From positions 1-11,332 of the forward strand of contig MTSL01000131.1 of the NCBI GenBank assembly GCA_002794465.1: a DNA stretch of 11,332 nt, given 5' to 3'. This DNA is from Paramicrosporidium saccamoebae KSL3 (Eukaryota > Fungi > Cryptomycota). Below, piece by piece: positions 1-7,257 of this stretch; within the stretch, counting starts at the first letter, position 1, and every line of letters begins with the position of its first letter. Position numbers and translations under genes: made by a program. The notes under the pieces are model-generated. The model saw only the letters and a list, made by a program, of their open reading frames with translations, was not told the origin of the DNA and searched no databases.

Positions 1-18
1 TGGGTATTTGAGGACAGT
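1..18 (+). repeat. 18-nt direct repeat, copy 1 (TGGGTATTTGAGGACAGT)
   Basis: 17/18 identical to 11261-11278. Confidence 0.6.
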
Positions 19-180
19 GAGATGTGTATCCATACTATTCTAGGATTAGCAGGGAACAGGTTCTCTTCTCGCCTAAACTGGGCCGCGGTATTATCCCCAC
101 TACGCGACAAGCCAGTGATGTCTTTAGGGACAACATGAGCCAGCGATGAGGAGGGATGTAGGAGACGGAGTAAAGACAGC

Positions 181-186
181 TTTATT
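181..186 (-). terminator. Putative poly(A) signal AATAAA for eIF3d
   Basis: TTTATT on the plus strand, 50 nt past the eIF3d stop. Confidence 0.55.
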
Positions 187-236
187 GAAATCCTTGGGCC
201 GTTTTGTATAATAGATAGGTAGTGTTGACGGACAAA

Positions 237-1886
237 TTATTCCGCATCGGAAACATCAGAAACATCGCCCAGTCGAACTTCCGAGGTGGCCCCAATAAGC
301 TCATCAACAGCGGCTTCAAAGTCATTTGAATCGCCTCCGGGTAACTTGTACAAGCGCAAGACGGCCTTGTTAGGGTCCCGCATCAACACAAAGTCGCAAT
401 TGGTAGGCAATCGTTGACACAGATCGACCATGGCGCGAAGAATACCGAATCCATTGGGAACATTCAGGTTCATTTGGTTGGCCAATTCGTATGGCTCAAA
501 GTCATGCACTCCAAGTAAGGCGTGGCGAGTTGCATCTTTTGGAGAGACACGGCTGAGGTAGGCCAACTTGACATGTTCCATCGAGGAGAGAAGAGCCCGG
601 AATACGATGCGAGCTAAAACAGCCCCATTGTTTCGAATCTCATGGGCAAACACTGCCCCGCGTTGGCTATCCAGTTTTAGGCGCCAATCCATGCCACCCG
701 CTCCCTTGTGCTCGTATTCGAGGAGAGTTGCAAGATGGAAGGGCATGGAGGAGTCTGCCAGGATAGAAGAAATCTGGCTTCTAACAAGCATCACGTTTCC
801 ATCCCCAAGATCCAATTTGGCATAGCGAGTGGGACAATTGCCCTTGGACGCATTATCTTCAGTGCCTAGAGTACGAGACTCTGACGTGCACAGCACGGAG
901 GGTAGATTATGAGACAGACGAGCAGCTTCACGTGCCAGAGAGACTGAAGAATTGATGGAATCTGAAGAGCTACGATCTTCACAAGGAGCATCCACCGCTG
1001 TCTCATTAACGGGGTGCAAATCCACGTCAGAGTCGATTCGCTTGTCGAAGAAGATTAGGTTGTCCCTTCGTTTTATGGAAATATCCCAAGGAAGAGTGGT
1101 ACGGGGAGCTGCCATTAATAATGACGCGACATTGTCAGAAACAATAACTGTTGCACCATGTTCGGCTGCAAGTTTCCTCATCAGGATGTCATCCTCAATC
1201 GGTGGAATATTGGGCCGAATAGGGGCGCTGGTCGGGTTAGTGACAATTTTTTCTTGGCGAGTGCTGATCTTGTCACAAGACTTGTCGTACACTGGTGTTA
1301 TTCCGACATCAGCGATACAAATGGCATCATCTGGATCAAGCTGGAGCTTGGAAAGACGGCTAAATTCAATCTCTTCAAGAATCCTCCAGTCAGAAGAAAC
1401 GACCACAGATGGCTCTCGCTTCCTCTGGTTCTGTCGATCATTGAAACGTGGGCCCCATCCGCCAGGACGTCTTCCGCCACCCGTGTTGCCCTTTCCAACT
1501 GTTCGTTGCTTTCCGCCTCCGTCCCATTTACCAATGGCCACTGGTCCTTTAATAGGGCCGATATTGGCAGCCTTCTTTTCGCGAGGAGCATTCTTGGCAT
1601 CAGCAGCAAAACTCCATCCAGCCTCTTCCTCTTCAGTGTTTTTTGGTGCGGTTCCTGCACGGATGTAATTTCTTCGAGAGCCACCATGCACAGAATTAAC
1701 GTCTCCTGAAGGACAGGTCCAGTCGGCGATGCGACCGAGACGGTCCGTCTTTGCAAAGGGCGCAAACGGGATATCATAGTCTAGTGGAGCACCGCTCAAA
1801 TGTAATGCGTCATTAGTGCTGGCTTCCCAATCCTCTCCTTCCTTAAATGCAGGAAATCTCAGTTCAGCTTGGAGGAAGGAGGTCAT
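237..1886 (-). CDS. EIF3D: Eukaryotic translation initiation factor 3 subunit D (eIF3d / Moe1-like), 549 aa, apparently intronless
   Basis: Uninterrupted ORF with eIF3d family motifs: DIPFAPFAKTDRLGRIADWT, G/R-rich linker, REPSVVVSSDWRILEEIEFSRLSKL, LIFFDKR, DWRLKLDSQRGAV, RDPNKAVLRLY. The N-terminal motif starts right after ATG 1886, which supports this start. Confidence 0.95.
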   Translation of the reverse strand: MTSFLQAELRFPAFKEGEDWEASTNDALHLSGAPLDYDIPFAPFAKTDRLGRIADWTCPSGDVNSVHGGSRRNYIRAGTAPKNTEEEEAGWSFAADAKNAPREKKAANIGPIKGPVAIGKWDGGGKQRTVGKGNTGGGRRPGGWGPRFNDRQNQRKREPSVVVSSDWRILEEIEFSRLSKLQLDPDDAICIADVGITPVYDKSCDKISTRQEKIVTNPTSAPIRPNIPPIEDDILMRKLAAEHGATVIVSDNVASLLMAAPRTTLPWDISIKRRDNLIFFDKRIDSDVDLHPVNETAVDAPCEDRSSSDSINSSVSLAREAARLSHNLPSVLCTSESRTLGTEDNASKGNCPTRYAKLDLGDGNVMLVRSQISSILADSSMPFHLATLLEYEHKGAGGMDWRLKLDSQRGAVFAHEIRNNGAVLARIVFRALLSSMEHVKLAYLSRVSPKDATRHALLGVHDFEPYELANQMNLNVPNGFGILRAMVDLCQRLPTNCDFVLMRDPNKAVLRLYKLPGGDSNDFEAAVDELIGATSEVRLGDVSDVSDAE

Positions 1887-1929
1887 GAAAAGAATCGACA
1901 GCCCCGGCCGGTTCTTTCAATTAGTCTCA
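1887..1929. promoter_or_regulatory. Candidate bidirectional promoter/initiator shared by eIF3d and RPN1
   Basis: Only 43 nt lie between divergent ATGs; CCGGCCGG palindrome at 1904-1911; GAAAAGAA (1887-1894) and TTCTTTC (1912-1918) are mirrored. Function is inferred. Confidence 0.55.
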
Positions 1930-4680
1930 ATGAACGCTTCCTCGGCAGCAGACACCAAGGCTCCTATGAAGGAGAATGAATTGGTACGACTATTAGTTGG
2001 GATCAAGATTTTTAGAGCGAGGAAGACAAGCAGCTAATTGAGACGCTGAACATGCTAGTGGAGAGACTACAGGACACGGACACTAGCCTACATAGACCTG
2101 CATTGGAAGCCCTTCGCACTCAAATCAAGAGCTCCTCAGTGTCCCTAACGTCGGTTCCTAAAGCACTCAAGTTTCTTCGAAATCATTATGAACACCTGAA
2201 GACTATTTATGATTCACTCCCTCTGGCTGGTGACAAGGTATAGAGTTGTGTCTCTTCTGTAACCTTTATAGCGCTTCATGGCCGACATCCTTTCTGTAAT
2301 CGCCATGACACAAGGAAATGGAGAGTCCTCGGCTCATGAAACCTTGAAGTATCGTATGTGTGGCGAACAGTTGCCGATTGGAGATTGGGGACATGAGTAT
2401 GTTCGTCACTTGGCGATGGAGATTATGGGCAAATTCCCCGAGGACAGTGACAAGTCGCCTGAACTCTTGTCTTTGGCCAAAGAGGTTGCATGCTTTTTCT
2501 TGGACCACAACAGCGAGCCTGATGCCTGTGACCTTCTCTATGAAATTGAAAGTCTTTCTTTGCTTGTTGAACTTGTCACTATTGAAGGCCGAGATCATGA
2601 GCGTGTGTGTAGATATCTTTTAAGCTGTCTTCCCTATGAATCCGACGTTGACGACCGAGCCGTCCTTGAGGTGGCCCACCAAATTTATAGCAAAATGGGG
2701 AGCTGCGCCGATGCTCTGTTAGTTGCGATGCGTCTGAATGACCCAAAAATGATCTCTGATGATTTCTATAGTTGCAAGGATCCTCTTTTGCAGAAGCAGC
2801 TTGCCTACCTGCTGGCCCGCCAAAGAATCACTCCCCAAGAGGGACCATTGACCGAAGAACTCGGGTCAATTTTAAACAATACTTTTCTCACTGACCATTA
2901 TCTTACTCTTGGCAAAGAATTGGAGATTCTTGAGCCCAAAACACCCGAGGACATTTACAAATCTCATCTTCAGGACTCTTTGAGAGTGGCGGCGGCCCCG
3001 TCTCCCCGTCATAATTTGGCCTCTGCGTTCGTCAATGCTTTTGCCAACGCTGGATACGGCACGGATAAGCTGGTCACTTCACCCGAAATTGAAGCCGACG
3101 AAACAAAGTCCTGGATTTACAAGACCAAGGATCATGGAATCTTGTCGACTGTGGCCTCGATTGGTATGCTGAATTTGTGGAATGCTGATACTGGTCTTGG
3201 AAAATTGGATCGTTATTTGTACTCGGAGAATGTGAACATTAAGGCGGGAGCAATTCTCGGCATAGGACTTGTACATGCAGGAACCAAGAATGAATCGGAT
3301 CCGGCACTAGCGTTGCTAAGGGAATATCTCGAGACGGAGGGGGAAGGTTCTGATGACGTGACCATTAAGACTGTGGCATTGATTGGATTAGCCTTGGCAT
3401 ATGGCGGCTCCGGACGTGCAGATGTCGTCGAGCCAATTCTTCCGTTGATCAGTGGACATGCCGACATTCAAGTTTCAGCAATGGCAGCGCTTGCTGTCGG
3501 CCATGTGTTTGTTGGTAGCTGCAATGGTGATCTCGCAAGCACCATCCTACAAGCTCTGATGGAGCGCGATGCAGAGCAGCTGGACAAGCCGGTTGCCCGC
3601 TTCTTAGCTTTGGCATTGGCGTTGCTGTATCTCGGAAAGACTGAAGTGGAAGCCGAGGTGATCCTGGAGACTCTTCAAGCGGTGGAGCATCCCATTGCCA
3701 AAGACGCGTCTACATTGGTTAAAATATGCTCCTATGCTGGAAGCGGCAATGTTCTAAGAATCCAGGAAATGCTTCGTTTTTGCACTTTGGAGAACAACCA
3801 ATCTGAAAAAGATGGCAAAGACGAGAAGAACGACAAGGGTGAAAAGAGTGACAAGGTAACGGACAATAATTTCCAAACCTTTGCTGTTATTGGGATCGCG
3901 TTGATCTGCATGATGGAGGATATTGGCAAGGAAATGTCTCATCGTCTTTTCTCTCATCTAATGCATTATGGATCGCCGTCGGTGCGCAAGGCTGTCCCTC
4001 TTGCTCTTGGATTGCTATATACGTCTCATCCTACTGCGGCGGTCATGGATCTTTTGAGCAAGTATTCACACGATCACGATAAAGCGGTTGCCGTGAATGC
4101 CATTTTTTCCATGGGTCTCATTGCCGCTGGTACGAATAATGCAAAGATGGCTCAGATGCTGCGCCAACTTGCTGCATATTACCAAAGAGATGTTGACTGT
4201 CTTTATGTGGTTCGGATCGCTCAGGGTCTGGTTCATGCTGGAAAGGGAACGGTCACAATGTCTCCAATTCACTCCCATCGCCTGCTAATCAATCCAGCTG
4301 CATTTGCTGGATTGCTGACCACGGCTATAGCGTTCACCGATGCACAATCGCTGTTATTGGAGAATACTTCCTACCTTTTGTACTTCCTTGCTACTGCTAT
4401 CTACCCCAGGTTTGTAGTGGCACTTGATGAGTCCCTGCAGCCCACAAAACTTTTCATGCGTGTTGGTCAGGCTGTCGATGTTGTTGGACAGGCCGGAAAG
4501 CCAAAGACCATTACTGGTTTCCAAACCCATTCAACTCCCGTGTTGCTTGCTTACCAAGAACGAGCAGAGCTGGCAACCGAAGAGTATCTATCTCTCTCTC
4601 CAATTCTGGAAAACTTTGTCATTGTCCGTAAAAACCCAGAGTGGATTGACGAGTCTACGCTTGTTAAAAAGAGTAATTAG
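1930..4680 (+). CDS. RPN1: 26S proteasome regulatory subunit RPN1 (PSMD2); join(1930..1983,2016..2237,2272..4680), 894 aa
   Basis: Splicing gives [18 protein letters not shown]|[20 protein letters not shown]...[13 protein letters not shown]...GDK|[13 protein letters not shown], matching the Rpn1 N-terminus. The C-terminus [21 protein letters not shown]...RAELAT...[11 protein letters not shown] is diagnostic of Rpn1. An in-frame ATG at 1966 is an alternative start. Confidence 0.96.
1984..2015 (+). other. Spliceosomal intron, 32 nt, phase 0 (RPN1 intron 1)
   Basis: gtacgactattagttgggatcaagatttttag; removal joins ENEL to SEEDKQL in frame with ATG 2052. Confidence 0.9.
2238..2271 (+). other. Spliceosomal intron, 34 nt, phase 0 (RPN1 intron 2)
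   Basis: gtatagagttgtgtctcttctgtaacctttatag with branch-like GTAAC; removal restores K|RFMADILS and removes an in-frame TAG. Confidence 0.93.
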
Positions 4681-4693
4681 TAAATCGTGTGAT

Positions 4694-4805
4694 GTAGTGT
4701 GTAGTGTAGTGCGGTATGGTGTAGTGTAGTGTAGTGTAGTGTAGTGTAGTGCGGTGTGGTGTAGTGTAGTATAGTATAGTATAGTATAGTATTGTATTGT
4801 GTGGT
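4694..4805 (+). repeat. Pentamer tandem array, consensus GTAGT (variants ATAGT, GTGGT, GCGGT, ATTGT, ATGGT)
   Basis: 21 in-phase 5-nt units from 4701 to 4805 (10 GTAGT, 4 ATAGT, 2 GCGGT, 2 GTGGT, 2 ATTGT, 1 ATGGT), plus an offset GTAGT at 4694-4698. 4701-4730 and 4741-4770 form a 30-nt higher-order duplication with one mismatch. Confidence 0.97.
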
Positions 4806-4889
4806 AGGATGACTGGGAGATGGAGGATCGCCAGCGAAGCGATCACAGTAGACGGTTGCAAACCAGTGCTACAAAAACCAATCTATAGC

Positions 4890-5035
4890 GCAGTAAATCG
4901 CAATCCATGGCACAAGTAATCGCAACCTACGCCACAAGAAATCATTAACCACTACAGGAAATCACTAACCTTACAGGAAATCACTACAAGGAATCACTAA
5001 CGTTTACAATCAATCACAAACCACTACAATGAACC
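4890..5035 (-). repeat. Degenerate ~15-23-nt minisatellite (plus-strand unit like ACTACAGGAAATCACTAACC)
   Basis: About 8 related units: gcagtaaatcgcaatcc / atggcacaagtaatcgcaacc / tacgccacaagaaatcattaacc / actacaggaaatcactaacc / ttacaggaaatcac / tacaaggaatcactaac / gtttacaatcaatcacaaacc / actacaatgaacc. Confidence 0.8.
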
Positions 5036-5053
5036 ATCATCATCTGCAAGCCC

Positions 5054-5059
5054 TTTATT
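5054..5059 (-). terminator. Putative poly(A) signal AATAAA for UBE2G1
   Basis: TTTATT on the plus strand, 24 nt past the stop, followed by a GU-rich sense-strand array. Confidence 0.6.
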
Positions 5060-5083
5060 GCATCTCTTTAGTGTATAATGGAA

Positions 5084-5612
5084 CTACATTTCTTGACTTA
5101 GACGGACGATTCTCTGCACTTTTTTCTTAAAAACATCCGGAGTGTCTCGGACCTCCCTTGCCGCATCTGGATTGGCAGGACTTTCCAAATTAGGTGCGCT
5201 AAGCATGGAAATGACGCTCAGCATGATCGACTCGACTGTATGTATAGGAAGCCACCTCTCTTCAGGACGTTCGTAGCCGTATTTATCTTCTCCAGGTTCG
5301 TGGAGGATGCTAATACACACTGTGCCATCGGGATAGACATTCGGATGCCACATTTCACTCATAAAGCGGAGAGTCGGTGGCATGACAGGGTAATTAGGAG
5401 GGAAGGAAAGACGTGCTCTAAAGACCCCCCCTTCAAAAAGGGTATCTGACGGACCCATGATCATCACTTCCCATTCGTAGATATTTGACTCGTCTACCAG
5501 ACCAGCAGAGAAGCCTTCAACTGGGCTTCTTGTGAGGTCTATATTTAGCACCACTTTGATAGAATAACTAACCGCGTAGCTGTTTGCGCAAAAGCAAGGC
5601 AGACTGCTCCAT
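5084..5612 (-). CDS. UBE2G1: Ubiquitin-conjugating enzyme E2, UBE2G1 type (S. pombe Ubc15-like); complement(join(5084..5538,5573..5612)), 164 aa
   Basis: Spliced N-terminus MEQSALLLRKQLR|DLTRSPVEGFSAGLVD; catalytic WHPNVYPDGTVCISILH followed by the acidic loop EPGEDKYGYERPEERWLPIHTVESI of the UBE2G/Cdc34 group. The sequence resembles UBE2G1 more than yeast Ubc7/UBE2G2. The GTG start in the ORF track lies inside the intron. Confidence 0.93.
5539..5572 (-). other. Spliceosomal intron, 34 nt, phase 1 (UBE2G1)
   Basis: gttagttattctatcaaagtggtgctaaatatag with branch-like GCTAAA; G|AC forms Asp and restores the conserved helix 1. Confidence 0.92.
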
Positions 5613-5678
5613 CCAACAAAAGATAAAAGGAAAGAATGTATTTTTCTTTGAGTTGTTCAATGCCAGATAGAGATCATC

Positions 5679-5684
5679 TTTAAT
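5679..5684 (-). terminator. Putative poly(A) signal ATTAAA for MIC10
   Basis: TTTAAT on the plus strand, 12 nt past the stop; a common variant hexamer. Confidence 0.45.
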
Positions 5685-5696
5685 AAAGTACTGCGC

Positions 5697-6065
5697 TCAC
5701 ATGGTACCCGGTGGAGTTTGTTGATGTCTCTCCAGTCCCAAGGCGCGCCTTCGAATTCCCTCGTGATAATTACGGACCATCTGGGAACCTTCGGAATATG
5801 ACATGCCCAGCCCAAAGCCCGTAGTGAACATGACCGGTGCAGCTTTGCCTAAAAATTCATTAAGGCGAGAAATCATACGTTTAAAGACAAAAAGAGCCAA
5901 ACCAAGACCAACTCCGAGGCCCACAAGGCCCTTTGTGATGACGTTTGAAACTATAGAGGCACGCAGCTCCTGGTTAGCGCTTAAAAGACCGTCCGCGAGA
6001 CCTGATTTGGCATTCGCAGGGTTGGTGTTTGAAGCGGAGCTATCGCCGTCAGGTGAAGAGTTCAT
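5697..6065 (-). CDS. MIC10: MICOS complex subunit Mic10; complement(join(5697..5848,5879..6065)), 112 aa spliced (122 aa if the intron is retained)
   Basis: Two hydrophobic segments with glycine repeats (KGLVGLGVGLGLALFVF and TTGFGLGMSYSE). Splicing restores the short basic loop FKRK+AAP, as in Mic10 FKRR-x-WP. Confidence 0.85.
   Translation of the reverse strand: MNSSPDGDSSASNTNPANAKSGLADGLLSANQELRASIVSNVITKGLVGLGVGLGLALFVFKRMISRLNEFLGKAAPVMFTTGFGLGMSYSEGSQMVRNYHEGIRRRALGLERHQQTPPGTM
5849..5878 (-). other. Spliceosomal intron, 30 nt, phase 1, 3n and stop-free (MIC10)
   Basis: gtatgatttctcgccttaatgaatttttag with branch-like CTTAAT. It is inferred from size and signals matching the other introns and from Mic10 loop length; the ORF stays open without splicing. 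Confidence 0.8.
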
Positions 6066-6695
6066 CGTATACTGCCCAAGTTTGATTGGTTGCTACTTTA
6101 AACAGTCTTGTTGAGTGCATTCTATGTAATGTATTTAATCATGATACATTGCGAGAGACAAGCACAACAGGCTCGCGACCTGTAGTCTATGAACTATGGG
6201 TCAGGAGAATAAGTTGCCACGGTTCCTATACTAGTGCCACAAAAAAGCCATTGCGATTTGATATATTAGGATGCATGTACAAAGCCACGGCGTCCAGTCA
6301 CCAGCACAAGGATGAATGGGATGCCAAACTTTAAAATGTTATGGGCTGGGTAGAAATAGAAATAGAGCACTGGGAAGCTCGACCTCAGAGTGTATCAGCC
6401 TCGGAATCCCTGGCATCGACCTCGGGATTAAATAGGCGGATTTATAAGTCCATAGTAATGATACGTGGTGAAACAATTAATGTTTAAAGGATGATAATCT
6501 CGATTTATAGAATGATTAGGTGAAAGGATTCGGCACATAGATGACTTTATATCCCACAAAAACAGCTCTCGTTAGGCGTCCGCGATAGTGGATCTTGTAC
6601 ATAAGTAGAAGAGTCCCTGCGCCACAGCAGACCTTTTTCTGTAACAAATCCTGCCATAGATTCTCTCTCACAACTCGCCGGTAATGTACTGATTG

Positions 6696-6701
6696 TTTAT
6701 T
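6696..6701 (-). terminator. Putative poly(A) signal AATAAA for RPS11
   Basis: TTTATT on the plus strand, 21 nt past the stop. Confidence 0.6.
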
Positions 6702-6722
6702 ACTGTATGATAGACAGAACAA

Positions 6723-7257
6723 TTAGAACTTGTCAAACTGCTTGCCACTGCCGTCACGCTTGCGCTGAACCTTAAGGACATTGAAACGAACAGTCTTGGA
6801 GAGAGGGCTAAAATAATCAAAATACAAAGAAGCAAATGTACCGGCACTCACCAATGGTGACAACATCTCCACTCTGAATACCGACAAAGGCGGGAGAGCA
6901 ATGGGCAGCGACATTCTTATGGCGCTTCTCGTAACGGTTGTACTTTTTCACATAGTGAAGATAGTCGCGGCGAACAATGATGGTACGCTCCATCTTGGCG
7001 CTCATGACAACACCAGTGAGGATACGTCCACGGATGGAGACGTTTCCAGTGAAGGGGCACTTCTTATCAATGTAAATACCGTTAATGGCCTCCTGGGGAG
7101 TCTTGAAGCCAAGACCAACATCCTTGAACCAGCGGGCACCTTTGCGCTTAGGCACGACGCGCTTGTAGTTGGCGAAGACGGCCTCCTGCTTTTGAAAGCT
7201 GCGTTGGGTCTACAGGAAATGGATGGGGCGAATGAAATCATGTACCTGCTCGGCCAT
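6723..7257 (-). CDS. RPS11: 40S ribosomal protein S11 (uS17); complement(join(6723..6807,6842..7209,7246..7257)), 154 aa
   Basis: Spliced MAEQ|[12 protein letters not shown]...[38 protein letters not shown]...YEKRHKN...GECR|[13 protein letters not shown]...KQFDKF, the classic eukaryotic S11 sequence. Confidence 0.97.
6808..6841 (-). other. Spliceosomal intron, 34 nt, phase 2 (RPS11 intron 2)
   Basis: gtacatttgcttctttgtattttgattattttag; CG|C restores GECRPLSKT. Confidence 0.95.
7210..7245 (-). other. Spliceosomal intron, 36 nt, phase 0 (RPS11 intron 1)
   Basis: gtacatgatttcattcgccccatccatttcctgtag; joins ATGGCCGAGCAG to ACCCAACGC (MAEQ|TQR). Confidence 0.9.

Noticed and set aside
568-1777. 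ORFs 568..825, 952..1668, 1158..1709 (+) and 1298..1777 (-)
   Set aside because: Antisense or alternative-frame shadows of eIF3d with no recognisable motifs.
1816-2243. ORFs 1816..2037 and 2052..2243 as separate genes
   Set aside because: They contain RPN1 exons 1 and 2 read into introns.
4664-4861. 65-aa minus ORF with YTTLH/YTILY repeats
   Set aside because: A translation artefact of the pentamer array; a stop-free frame is expected from the repeat composition.
4694-5035. Telomere-like repeats (GGTGTA, GGTTAG)
   Set aside because: Internal location between convergent genes and heterogeneous units; no TTAGGG-type array.
4890-5035. CRISPR-like repeat/spacer pattern
   Set aside because: Units are adjacent and degenerate with no unique spacers; eukaryotic context and no cas genes.
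5803-6334. Plus-strand ORFs 5803..6114 and 6086..6334
   Set aside because: The first is antisense to MIC10; the second starts at TTG and shows no recognisable motif.
6266-6343. Minus-strand HNILKFGIPFILVLVTG resembling the Cox16 transmembrane motif (HPFLFFGLPF...IVLG)
   Set aside because: No in-frame ATG, the nearest GT donor gives the wrong phase, and a stop follows 8 codons later with no charged Cox16 C-terminal region; probably chance.
237-7257. Functional proteostasis cluster (eIF3d, RPN1, E2, RPS11)
   Set aside because: Housekeeping genes dominate compact genomes and MIC10 and GDH2 are interspersed; without synteny evidence adjacency is likely chance.
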